Shown: one piece after another, positions 50,377 through 62,908 of the stretch
Layout of the letters: the number at the start of each line of letters is the position of its first letter
How positions within the stretch are numbered: position 1 is the first letter of the stretch
DNA from: Salpingoeca rosetta
Lineage: Eukaryota; Protista; Choanoflagellata
Direction of reading: 5' to 3'
NCBI GenBank assembly: GCA_033442325.1
Contig: JAWQFM010000011.1
Location: 1,503,861 to 1,566,768 of the forward strand
DNA length: 62,908 nt
The notes under the pieces: model-generated
Databases searched by the model: none
What the model was told of the DNA's origin: nothing
What the model saw: only the letters and a program-made list of their open reading frames with translations
Program-made: the position numbers and the translations under genes

Positions 50377-51166
50377 TCACGCCGCCGGCTTCTCCAGACT
50401 CCAACCACACGCTTCGCCAGCCTGTGTGGGCGTGGTGGTGGTGGTGATGATGATGATGATGATGATGACAGCATAAAACAGAGAAAATGGTCGGGAACAC
50501 AGAACACCTCCAATCACACACATTAGCACCGCAATGTACGAATGCAGAGGCATGCACAGATTGTGTATTCATTTATTTACCTGAAGGAAGTCGAGTGTGT
50601 ACCCTGGTGGGACATTGTGTTTGTTGGACGGCGTCCGCACGTCTTGATCCACCTCCTTTCGCAGTACAGTGTCCACATCAACAGCAGAGAAGAACGCCAC
50701 CCCCTGTGGTGTATGTGTGTGTGCGTGTGTGTGTGTGAGGGCGTGGGCATGTTGAGTGAGCCACGAGCGCAACAGTTACAACCCATCATTCGCATGTTTC
50801 ACCACAGGCCGTGTCCAAACATACCTGGGGCAGATCCCACATGTCAATGGACGCCGCAAACGCTGCGCGTGTGTACAAATTCGTCAAGTGAAGCGCAAAC
50901 GCAAACCTGTCACGTCAACATGAAAAAAAAAATTGAACGGGCGAGGTTGTTCTTGGGTGAGACAAAATGCCGGCATTCAGTGCTCACAGGGACAACAGCT
51001 ACATTCTTCGTCTTGCTTGCTTGCAGGCAACTGTTCAAAGCGAATGAATATGAGAGGACCAAACAAGATGAAACGATCATGTCCCCGACGCACGCACCTG
51101 GCCACATCTTCATCTGCAACAATGTATCGAACTTCGTCGTGGATGGTGATGCACAGCCGCGCCTGG

Positions 51167-51197
<31 letters not shown>

Positions 51198-53928
51198 GAA
51201 TTTGGTGTGCCAGGACAAGGTGCGTGAGGTCAAAAGGTGAATACACACACACACACGCACACGCACACATACATACATACGTACATACGTACATACATAC
51301 ATACATACATACATACATACATACATACATACATACATACATACATACATACATACATACATACATACATACATACACACACACAACCACGCAACCGCAT
51401 GTCATTAACCGCACACATCGAAGGGTACCTTCATGTCGTATTGTGTGATAAAATACTTCATTGAGACGAGCATGAGGTGCAAATAGTCAACAGCGGAGGA
51501 CTGCACCACCCAGTTGATTCGCGTTGGCAGATAATCCTGACACACCCGAGGCAGACAAGGTGAGGAGGTGCGACAAGAATGAGTGTACGGACGTGTGCTC
51601 ATGTGTTTTGGTGTGCACAAGTGCACATTAGTGCATGTCTGTGTACATCTGTGTGGTAGTGTGGCAGCATCACAAAAGCGTGCGTCATGTAATATGTGGT
51701 CACGGGGGAATACAATGATGGACACAAACCACATGCAACAGCAAGTCAATCGCAGCCAGGAATACGAGTCATGTTCGCACCGTTGCCTTCTTTCGTCCTT
51801 TCTTTGCCAGGTATCGTGGCTGCAACCCCGCTGTCAGCCGAAAGCCAAGGAACGGTGTTTTTGGGACCTTGCGGTTTGCAATCTCTTCAAGCTGGTTGAA
51901 CATCTCGCTCTCGCTCCCGCCTGTTGTGCATTGTGCGTGCGTGCGTGCGTGTGTGCGTTTGTGCGTTTGTGTGTGTGTGTGTGTGTGTATGTGTGTTGAT
52001 GAGGAGAATGGCGGTGGTTGCAAGCAAGAGCAACAGATAGTCAAGCAGGAGCCAGCAAAGGAGCCTGGCACTCACCGCTGTATCCAAGGCTGGTCATCTG
52101 ACCCTTTGTTTTGCTGAGTCACACGCATGCACAGACCGGCACGGAGAGGACGTGAGCACGTATTGCGATCATGGGCACAGCGAGAGCCGACAAAGAACAC
52201 ACACACACACGCACACACACGCACACACACACGCACACACACACACACACACACAACCATGCACGCAAAAGTTGCAACGACCATCATGGCCACCAACCAT
52301 CACCTCCATCACCATCATCTCACTCGTAGAGTTCATTTGCGAGCGTCTTTGCTTCGTCCTCTTTGATTGTTGGGTTGAACTGCATGATCAGGCCTTTCGC
52401 AAACGGCCGGCCTGCACCGTAGATGCGGCCTGTGGTGTTGGAGAGGGGCCGGTCATGCATTTGGGGTTTGGTGATTCAGGGTGGATGTGGTGTGAGGGAG
52501 GGTGGTGTGATGTTGTGGGTGTGGGAACGGGAGGACGTGACAATGATGCGTAACGCCGCGGCGGTGGTGAAGTGCGAGTGCAACATCAGAGGAAAGAGCA
52601 GATGGCAACTCACCATAGTTGAAGATCTTTGATCCGCCGGTGTGGCATCCCACGATTTCAGCCGTCTTGGTGTGCATGTCGGACTTGTCCTTCTTGCTCC
52701 TGCAACATCAAATAAACACGTGCAATTGCGAGCGTGCATGCATCAGGAGTTTGGCCGAAAAAAAAAAGAGCATGAAGCCATCAAGCCAATCGGTTCGGTT
52801 TGCATCGAACGATGGTTCACACGCACGCGCACACACTATTGCAATGCCTTCCACCTCAAAGCCTAAGACCACCACCAGTCTCTCACCCCTGGAGTGTCAT
52901 CCACCCGAGCGCTGTTGATCCGTGAATGCCAGTGAAGCGTGCATCTCCAAGTACTGGCAGTGGCAGCACACAATCACGGTGAGAAGATGTGTCGTACACA
53001 AACTCTCGCAACCACACACACACATACCTCGCAACCACACACACACTCACGCACACACACACACACTCACGCACACACACACACACATACACACACACAC
53101 ATACACGCACACACACACGCACGCGCGAACCAACCGATCCAACACACCATCCACTCGCCACATGCTGCAATCACCACCAGCACCACCATCACCACGTACA
53201 TGCTGCAATCCAGAGCTCTTGCGAGTCGACATCCGCGCCAACGAACTTGCAGCCAGGCGGCGCGCGCACCATCGCCTTGAGCTCCGAGCCGATGCGGTTT
53301 GGCTTAGGGTTGGACGCCGTCAGCCACGTGCTCTCTCGCGCGCGCCGTGAGATGGTCCCCATGGTCGTGATGAACGGCAGTATCACACCTGCATAATGTG
53401 TGTGTGTATGTATGTATGTATGTATGTATGCATGTATGTATGTATGTATGTATGCATGTATGTATGTATGTATGTATGTATGTATGTATGTATGTATGTA
53501 TGTATGTATGTATGTATGTATGTATGTATGTATGTATGTATGTATGTATGTATGTATGTATGTATGTGTGGGTGCCCATGTATGCGTGCGCATGTGCACA
53601 TGTACTGTGCAGATATACAGACCCCAACTATCGTACGCAGCAGGCCCTTGTCAACACGATATGACCCTGCTTGCATGCACGTGCGTACCTCGCGTATCGG
53701 CTGCTGCTGCATTGCCGTTCTTCCCATCTCCATCCTGCTCGTCGGCCCCGTTCGTGGTGGTGGCAGTCGAAGGCAAAGGAGGAGGAGTGATGCGATCTGT
53801 GCTCCATTCGCGCATGCTCGAGCCAACGAGATCCTGTTGTGTCGGTCGAGGAAGCGCGCACATGGACAAGGGAGGTAGGGGTTAAACACAATGCAAGCAA
53901 GCAGGATCACAAATGTGTGTGTGCAAAC

Positions 53929-53998
<70 letters not shown>

Positions 53999-54275
53999 TG
54001 CTCAACATCTATGTGTGCGTGTGCGCAAACGTGTTTGTGCGAAGGTGTGCGTGTGAATGCGTGTTTCCGCTCAACATCAATGTGTGTGTGTGAATGTGTG
54101 CTGTCTGCACCTCCCAGACGACGAATTGCGAGAGAATTCTGTTGCGAGCAGAGCTCCAGTAACTGCACGCGCTCATGGCAGACAGAACCTGAGCAGCCTG
54201 GGTGCGATGGAAATTGGGCAGGGGGTTGTGAGTAAGGCGTGGCGAGACACAAAGAAAGTGAGAAAACGCTTTTGT

Positions 54276-54354
<79 letters not shown>

Positions 54355-54997
54355 GTGTGCACGCACCTCCTCAGAGTGCGACTTGAGACGGCCATCCTCC
54401 ACGAGCGCCATGTACTCCTTTGCAAACGGCGACCCGCACCGAGCCTTGTCACCATCCTTATGTGGCAGCTTGAAATACGCGTGTGTCAGGTGCATCATGT
54501 CGTTGGGCGACTTCCAATCGTGAGGGCCGTTGCCCTCGTGTGATCCTGACAGCCGTGCCAACAATGGCGGTGGTGGTCGTGATGATGAGGATGGTCGTTG
54601 CGGTGATGGTGGAGGTTGCGGGTGGTGCACACGACCAATTGCGAGAAGAAGGTCAGGGGGCATTCGCTGACGGCCACCACGTTCAGAACTAAGATGAGCC
54701 CACACAAGCCCATGTCAACATGTCCCTTCTCCCTCTTCATGTGCATGTGCATGTTTATGTGAATGTTCATGTTCATGTGCATGTTCATGTGCCATCACCA
54801 CCTGCGAGTCTGCGAGGAACAAGATATCCCCATTTGTGCTGCTCGTGGTAATACAGCGGGAACGACTCCCCCGTTCGCTGCACAGGAGCGGCGATGGTGA
54901 TGTGGTGTTGATGATGGGTTGCAGTGAGGTCGGGTAGGAAGGCACGTACGGGAACGCACATATCAAGCCAGTACGTCAACCAGGCAAACACACACAC

Positions 54998-55035
<38 letters not shown>

Positions 55036-55141
55036 GCACCACTGCCTGCACCTCTACGTCGACGTATTTGAGGCGGTAGAGGTATGGCGCAATGGTCTTG
55101 CGCGGTGTCACCTCAATGCCGCCATCCTGCATCGTCCCTGC

Positions 55142-55201
<60 letters not shown>

Positions 55202-55591
55202 NNNNNNNNNNNNNNNNNNNNNNNNNNNNNNNNNNNNNNNNNNNNNNNNNNNNNNNNNNNNNNNNNNNNNNNNNNNNNNNNNNNNNNNNNNNNNNNNNNN
55301 NNNNNNNNNNNNNNNNNNNNNNNNNNNNNNNNNNNNNNNNNNNNNNNNNNNNNNNNNNNNNNNNNNNNNNNNNNNNNNNNNNNNNNNNNNNNNNNNNNNN
55401 NNNNNNNNNNNNNNNNNNNNNNNNNNNNNNNNNNNNNNNNNNNNNNNNNNNNNNNNNNNNNNNNNNNNNNNNNNNNNNNNNNNNNNNNNNNNNNNNNNNN
55501 NNNNNNNNNNNNNNNNNNNNNNNAACATGCACATCAGCAGAGGACAGCTAAAGCAAATCAGACACACACTGGAGCCAAACACGACCACACA

Positions 55592-55658
<67 letters not shown>

Positions 55659-57417
55659 ACACACGCACGCACGCACGCACGCATGCACACAATAGCTTGG
55701 TGCGGGTGAAAATGAGAGCGCTGACAGAACAACAACACATACGTGATCGACGGTGTTGTGAAATGTCTCCTCAGCCGTCTTTGTGTACGTGTTCCATTCC
55801 TGAATGGGATTGTGTCACGTCGCGCGCATGCAGGCACAGTCAGATGCATCACACGCACACAGATGCACGAACACGGGAAGCGAACCCCTCGCGTGCACGC
55901 GGCGCTACGCTGCCCATCACACATACACACATACATGCACATACAAATGCACGTACACAAACGCCAATGCAACGCGTCAGCTAACACCCACCCCACCCCC
56001 TTGCCCCAACCTGTGTGGTTGGGAGATACGCCTTCCCCATTTCGAGCATTCCGGACATGGACGCCGGATGACCGAGAAACTGCGACACATACGCGTCAAA
56101 CACCTGATGGGAGTTGCAGTGGCAGTGGTGGTGGTGGTGGTGGGTACGTAAGATGATGCACTGATAACGCGCAGCCACATGTGGAGGCAAAATGAACGAG
56201 GGGGGCGAAGGAGCGTGTGCGTGGACACCCGCTCATGCTTGCAAGCAACACAAATGCACCATCATGCAAGGAGGATTTGGCACCTTCTTGAAGACATCAT
56301 GTGTTGCGCGCACGTCACGGGCGCAGTAGGCAATACCATCCTGCACATTTTCCTTGATTTCCGCCATTGTGCCCTGATGCACACGGTGACGACGACGATG
56401 ATGATGGAGGAGGTGGTGGTCATGATAATGGAGGAGGTGGTGGTGGTGGCAAAGCACTGCACAAGTGAATCATTGAATGTACAGCAGTGCAAACATGCAC
56501 ATATAGACACCATCCATTCACACGTGTGAACATGTGTGCGTGTGCGTGTGCGTGTGCGTGTGCGTGTGTGTGTGTGTTTCATGGATGACGCACGTTCACG
56601 AAGAGGTCTCGATCGCTCTTATCCAGCGCTGACAAAGTGGTGGTAACAATGAGCGTGACATAAGGTGTGGTGACAATGGTGATGGTGATGATGGTGACAA
56701 TGGTGATGGTGATGGTGGTGATGGTGGTGCGGTAGCAACAATGAGATGCCAATTCAATGAGATGCCAAGTGCGTGGCCGTGTGAAAAGATCAGCACGCAC
56801 GACCATGACGCTGGAGTGGAAGAGACAGTGTGCGGGATGTTGAGCTTAACTCACGTGTTCCAACCCAGTGTTCGTGGCAGTCAGCCAGCGACGCTGGGGA
56901 TGAGTGCGCCATCCAGCCAGGTGGCTCCTGGCATGTGCGAGGATTTGGGAATATGTGCAAGGAGACCAAATTCACATCAGCAACACTGTATTTCGGACTC
57001 ACGGGCCTTCAACATGCACCTTCATTCTCACATGCACACACACGCGCAAGAGTTCATGCGTGTGTACAAGCACGCATGCCAAAAGGCAAACACCCCAACA
57101 CCGTATTGTGCCTTGTTGCCTCACAACCAAATCAGAATGTCACCTCCTCATCATTAGCAGCAGCCGCGGCAGCAGCGTGTGCAGCAGCATCCCTGGCCTC
57201 TGCCCACGGTTTCCGCTGCTGTGAACTGAATCCCGCCACCGCCATGTGCAGTGACATCGTGTCCAGCCACTCTAATGGGACGCGCGTGCGTGTGTGTGTG
57301 TGTGCGTATGCGTGTGTGAGTGTGTGTGAGTGTGTGTGTGCGTATGCATGTGCGTGTGTGTGTGTGTGTGTGTGTGTGCGTATGCGTGCGTGCGTGTGTG
57401 TGTGTGTGTGTGTGTGC

Positions 57418-57496
<79 letters not shown>

Positions 57497-58141
57497 CAGG
57501 ACATGGTGCAAGATGGGTGTGCGCCTTTGTAGATGCAGTCCTGTGTCCCCCCCCCCCTCACCAACACCACACCACATGCATCCATCCACACTGCCCAATC
57601 CCGATCCTCCCCTCCCACCATGTCGGTACCGAGTTTGCTTGAGCGGAGTGCGTAGTCCTCGAGAGTGCGGGCGCGGTCATACGATACAGCGTGGCCAACC
57701 ACCACCGCGCGCGTGTTCAGATCACCACCCTGCATGGCGTGGAAAACGTCAGGGGAGATGAGACACAGCTGACAACACTGTCAGGGTTGCCAGCACACAC
57801 ACACACACATATACATATACAGGTAGACGTATGTACACATGCAGACATGCACATACACACACACACACGGGCAGACGAAAATACATATGTCAACGCAAAT
57901 ACGCTACATGCACACATGCTCACACGCACACACGCATACGGACCGTCAAAGGAATCAGCTCCTTTGGTGCTGGATCTGGGGTGCGGAGGTGCAGAGGTGC
58001 GGCAATGGTGCAGACAAATACACAGGCAAGATTGGTTGTGAGCCAATGACAATCAGACAACACACGCCACCGTGGCAAACGCGTATGCACACGCACATAA
58101 ACAAACCACACACACACATAAACACACACACATAAACAAAA

Positions 58142-58184
<43 letters not shown>

Positions 58185-59185
58185 TAACAAAACACACACA
58201 CACACACGCAGAGGTACGCACCGGCGGTGTTGCTGCTGTTGTTGCCGTTGGTGTTGCAGATGGCGCGTGAAATCCAGACATACCACGCATCTGTCGTGAC
58301 GGCAGTGGCGACGAGAGGGTAGTTGTCATGGTAGCTCGATGTTTCCACATCAAAGACTATGGCTGTGGGCGTGTTCTTGCCGGGCGTGAGAGGAGCCGTC
58401 ACCTGTTTGGTTGTGTACTGCGCCAGCGGCGCGGTGCCACCATGTGCACTGTCAGCAGAGACGAAGGTGTACTTGGTCCATCCCGGCTGGATGACGAAGC
58501 GATCTGGGATGGGCGGGAGGTCTGCGCGCATGAGCTCTGCGGCGGCGCGGCGCTCACCGGACACCTGCATGAGCCCGATGTTCTGAAAGTGGTCCAGGAT
58601 GGTGGCGCCCTGGAGCGGTGGCAGCTGAAACTGTGGGATCGTTGGCAAGGGGTCCGCGGTCTTGTCCCAGAGATCAAAGGCCTTCAGGTGCTTCTCGATC
58701 TTTTCTGCTGCGGCCTGTGCGGTTGGAGACAGCAGGTATTGCATTGCGCGTTCATTTGCCCTGAACAAGGGCTCCCACAAGAACAGCGGCAGCATCTGCA
58801 CCCCGCACAGGTTCATGCGCCTGCCATCTCGTGCTGGGCTGGCTGTGGCAGTTGTCGTCGTTGTCGCTGTTGTTGCTGTGGCTGTCGCTGGTGTCGTTGT
58901 TGTGGTTGCTGCTGCCTTTGGTTCTTCTGCTGCCGTCGTGCTAGCCTTCCCACCACCACCACCCCCACTACGGCCACCACCCCCACTTCGGCCACTACGA
59001 CTGTTGCTCTTGGCTGATAGGGATCGGATTTGTGTGCGAGGGATGGTGACGAGTCTTTGCGCTCGTATTACATGATGGAGAGCTGCCACCCTCTCCACAA
59101 CTTTACCTCGACACCCACTCCCCTGCCACCGCCACCACCGCCACCATCGCGCTGCTGCAAGCGACGGCAGTGACACGACAGTCAT
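50377..59185 (-). CDS. POLG: Mitochondrial DNA polymerase gamma catalytic subunit (many exons; N gap at 55202-55523)
   Basis: Arg-rich presequence-like N-terminus and [10 protein letters not shown]. Exonuclease motifs ExoI VFDVET, Exo[21 protein letters not shown], Exo[12 protein letters not shown]. Then [33 protein letters not shown], motif [14 protein letters not shown], motif [29 protein letters not shown], motif [26 protein letters not shown]. It ends WSLEKPAA*. Confidence 0.96.
53405..53566. repeat. (TATG)n tetranucleotide microsatellite in a POLG intron; similar arrays at about 20620-20700 and 51268-51375
   Basis: Directly visible. Confidence 0.92.
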
Positions 59186-60078
59186 CCCTGCCTGCCTGCC
59201 TGCCTAATGTGAGTGCGTGAGTGCGAGCGTGCCTTGTGTGCTGGTGGTGTGTGTCTCTGTCACCGTTGTTTGTTCCACCACCATCTGTGTGTCATCCAGT
59301 TGCTGAAAGTCAATTTTGACTTTTCGCTACTGATGGTCAAAATTGACTTTAAGCTCGCGTCATTTCACGATCAGTGTCTTTTATGTACCATTCCCATTAA
59401 TTTTCGCATTCGACCCCCCAACCAGCAGACATCGTGAAGGCCTGTCCCGCTGTGTGGACTCTTCGCCAGCCAGCCAGCCTGTCACCAATAAAACCGCAGC
59501 CTGTGTGCGTGCGTGCACATATTGGCTTGCCTTTGTGCGTTGGCTTGCTTTGCTCTTTGTATGCTCTTCCTGCCATTTTTTTTTCTCTTGGCTGCCCTCC
59601 TGAAGTTGTGGCCCCAGCGCAACACACAACGCCTGCACCACTCCACGTTGTACCAGCACGGGCGCCACCACCACACCACCACTGCACTGCTTGTGCCAAA
59701 GGTTGGTTCGCGCGCTGTTTGAAGGCGTTGGCGTGTTCCTGAACCATTGACCCACCACCATCAAACATCACACCACCTCTTGCCAGTCCTCCGCACACAC
59801 TTATGTATGTGTGCGTCTCCTCGTGTCTTCCTCCGTCTCAAGCACGACACCCATCTGTCATTTTCTACGCCTGTCCTTCATCCTCATCTCTCTCTCTCTC
59901 ACACGCACACACACATACACACATCTTGCTTTCCTTCGTTCCCGCGGCCGCCTTTCTTGCTTTCATCAGCCACTATTATCACCACAATTATCGACGTCAA
60001 CAACGACAGCACCACAGATCGACGACGATATCACCACCACTGCCAACCAACCACACACACAGACACACACCAATAAGA

Positions 60079-60924
60079 ATGCAACGAGGACAGCAGCACG
60101 GCTTTGAGGGTTTGGACATCTCTGGCTGGCTAGGCGGCTCCGGCATCTCTCCCGTCGGGTTCAGCCCATCCGCTGCCGATATGGACTTTGATGCCTGGGA
60201 ATCTGCACAACGCACCGCAGCCAAGGCCGCTGACTTCAGTGCCCTTGCCATGCCGCCACCAGCATCCTCCTTCTCCGCTCAACCCACCCCGGCCTCGTTC
60301 CTCTCAAACTCGCTCCTCGCCGCCACAGCGCCATCAACAGCTGGAACCACAACGGCCAGCGGCGCCACCTCCACAACAACATCAACGACCAAGGCCACAT
60401 CGCAGCCAAACACCCGCTCGAGAGCCAAGCGTGGTGGCTCGAGTAGAGGTGCCACTGGCGCCACCAAGCGCGGCAAGAAGGCGCAGGCCGCCGCAGCGCA
60501 GCAGCAGCAGCAGCCCACGGATATGGAGGATGGGAAGCAGACGCAGGACAAGCGCTACCTGAACAAGCTTGCCGCAGACAAGTACCGCCGCAAGAAACGC
60601 CAGCAGTTTGAGGAGCTGAGTGTCAAAAGTCAAGCGCTGGAGACGGAGAACCACAAGCTCACTGCCAAGTGCACCAAGCTCGAGTCCGAGGTGGAGTACC
60701 TGAAGGAGCTGCTCTTGGTCACCGTGCGCAACTCAACCAACGACTATGCAGACGCGGCCTCGCCAGGCGCGTCCACCACCGTGTCGTCCCCGTCGTCACC
60801 CTTTGACATGGAAGCCTTTGCCAAGGCCTATATGGACAAGCACGCCAAGGAGGCCGACGTGCGCATTCGCCAGCTTGAGGAGCAGGTTGCGCTACTCTCC
60901 GACAAGCTCCAAACCACCGCATAG
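60079..60924 (+). CDS. bZIP transcription factor, ATF4/ATF5-like, single coding exon
   Basis: Basic region KRYLNKLAADKYRRKKR (NxxAAxxYR), zipper LSVKSQALETENHKLTAKCTKLESEVEYLKELL, and a second C-terminal coiled coil IRQLEEQVALLSDKL. There is a probable 5'UTR intron at about 59805-59969 (gtatgt..catcag). Confidence 0.87.
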   Translation: MQRGQQHGFEGLDISGWLGGSGISPVGFSPSAADMDFDAWESAQRTAAKAADFSALAMPPPASSFSAQPTPASFLSNSLLAATAPSTAGTTTASGATSTTTSTTKATSQPNTRSRAKRGGSSRGATGATKRGKKAQAAAAQQQQQPTDMEDGKQTQDKRYLNKLAADKYRRKKRQQFEELSVKSQALETENHKLTAKCTKLESEVEYLKELLLVTVRNSTNDYADAASPGASTTVSSPSSPFDMEAFAKAYMDKHAKEADVRIRQLEEQVALLSDKLQTTA

Positions 60925-61590
60925 TGTTCAACGTCATCAACACGCACGTGTGCGTGCGTACGTTTGGTGCTGTTTGTCTCTGTTTTGCGTTATGTTACAT
61001 CTTCCTTACGTGCGTGTTTCGTTTGCTGCTTTATGCATTGCTGCGTGATGTGATGTGATGCAGCCCTCTAATCGACCGATTGCTCCCCCTTTTGTTCACT
61101 CTTGCTGCCGCTGTTGAGCGCTGATGGTGAAGATGATGACGACGATGAGTGTATAGTCGCCCTCCTTGTGCTTTCTTTGTTTCTTTCTTTTCCTTGCGTT
61201 ATCCCACAGCTCTATCCCACCCCATCCCATCCCCCTTGCGTTCACACGCACGCGTGTGAGCGTGCTAGTTCTCTTCCCTCCCCCTTGCCTCGCCTCGCCT
61301 TGCCATGAGCGAAGGCTGATTGACTGACCAGTGCGTTGCGCGTTGCAGTTGCATTTGTGGGCATGCATGCATGCCACTGCCATAAACGAGTGCCATACAC
61401 ACACGCGAGTAGAACAGGGAGAAGAAGGTAATGGTGGATGGACAGAGACGGATATGGGAGCACGCGCTGTTGGTTGGTTTGTTGGTTGGTCGGAAACAAG
61501 CCAACGAGCACAGGGAAGTTGCAGGATTGGGATGGGACGATGGTGATGGTGGTATGGCTGGCGATGGATGTTGTTGTGGTAACAGCGACA

Positions 61591-61674
61591 CTACTTGGTC
61601 TTCTTCTCCTTGAGCTTCTTGGCGTCTTGCGGAAACACAAAGAACTATGTGTGTGTGTGTTGTGTGTATGTATG

Positions 61675-61761
<87 letters not shown>

Positions 61762-62078
61762 GAGGGACGAGTGTCGAAAGGGGAAGGGGGAGTACGTGCA
61801 TGAGCGTAAACGGGCTGGTGCAAAGCAGTGACAAACACCCAAGGCGTGGCGATGGAACTTACGATAGTTGGCCAAGGTAACAAGGTCGTCAACCTGGCGC
61901 GTGTGCGTGGAGTGGGGGAGGGATGACGGAAAGCAGTGAGGAAGACGTGGGGGAGGGATGACGGAAAGCAGTGAGGAAGACGTGCAAGTGTAAGCATTCA
62001 CCATATCGTCATGCACACAGACAAGCATGCACACGCATGGACGCAGATACAGATACACGCACACAGACAGATACAGAC

Positions 62079-62117
<39 letters not shown>

Positions 62118-62514
62118 CACACACAGACACACACACACACAGACACACACACACACACAGACAGACACACACACACACACACAGACACACACAGACACAC
62201 ACACACACACACACAGACACACACACACACCTCCTTGAGGGTGGTCAGGACGCGGGCTGCAGCGCCGGCAAAGTTGAGGCCCGTGGTGATGACAGAGAGC
62301 TGGCCCGTGCACTTGTTGCGCATGATGGTGGCAATCTGGGTCACGCGGCTGAACGCGGCAACGGGAATGCACAGGGTCTGCAACATGGCGTGCTGCTCGG
62401 CAGTGACAAACTCGCCTGTCAGGAAAATGGGAGGGCGGGGAGGGGGGAAGGGTGAAGGAGGGACCAAAGGAAGGAGACAACAACAGCTAGGTGAGTGATC
62501 TTCAACACGCAGCA

Positions 62515-62547
<33 letters not shown>

Positions 62548-62908
62548 ACACACACAGGCGGACAGGCAGACAGGCAGGCAGGCAGACATACACACACGCA
62601 CGCACGCACACCTGAGAGGAGAATGTACATGAGGCCACCCCAAATGGCGTAGACGGGAAGCGCGAGCGTGCGCTGTCCGTTAAAGCCAAGGATGAGCCAG
62701 ATAAGAATCAACAACTGCACTGTGATGAACACAGTCTCGCCCCAAGTGCTGCCAGTGCGCACACGTATGTGTGCAAGTGAATGAGGAGGTGGGGGAGGGA
62801 GAGGGGTGGTTGTTGTTGAGTAGAATAGACGAGGAGAAGCAGTGGCGGTCGCCAGTTGTGACCAACACACAACAACTACATTGCCGTTTACACACACACA
62901 CACACACA
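61591..62908 (-). CDS. MPDU1: Mannose-P-dolichol utilization defect 1 (PQ-loop membrane protein), 5'-partial
   Basis: Exons give STWGETVFITVQLLILI, SRVTQIATIMRNKCTGQLSVITTGLNFAGAAARVLTTLKEVDD and a terminal FFVFPQDAKKLKEKKTK* with a di-lysine ER-retrieval-like tail. The last two visible exons are out of phase (see findings). Confidence 0.85.

Noticed and set aside
59200-60078. ATF4/GCN4-style regulatory uORFs upstream of the bZIP gene
   Set aside because: The nearest upstream ATGs (59803, 59807) fall at or inside a probable 5'UTR intron, and the TSS is unknown, so uORF control cannot be supported.

Overview
This is eukaryotic, GC-rich, intron-dense genomic DNA full of (TG)n/(CA)n microsatellites, with four N gaps. 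Sequence style and gene content suggest a choanoflagellate such as Salpingoeca (inference). Most long ORFs in the supplied track are microsatellite artefacts, so genes were rebuilt by hand from GT..AG boundaries and protein motifs. In order: ubiquilin/Dsk2 (+, 5' end outside the window), a possible spliced non-coding or sORF transcript (-), an intronless Ser/Pro-rich orphan (+), a GT71 (MNN2-like) alpha-mannosyltransferase (+), THOC7 (+), a CYP704/clan-86-like P450 (-), a Tudor-like/CCHC/DOT1-like methyltransferase/SAP protein (+), a DLK-type MAP3K (+), SmG/SNRPG (-, absent from the ORF track, start codon apparently split by an intron), a receptor tyrosine kinase with Venus-flytrap-like ectodomains (+), mitochondrial DNA polymerase gamma (-), an ATF4-like bZIP factor (+) and MPDU1 (-, partial). 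The most notable observations are a window-wide intron polarity (UG-rich near donors, CA-rich near acceptors, often with no polypyrimidine tract), the DOT1-like protein's domain architecture, the non-RD Venus-flytrap RTK, the intron-split ATG, and substitutions at normally invariant Pol gamma residues.
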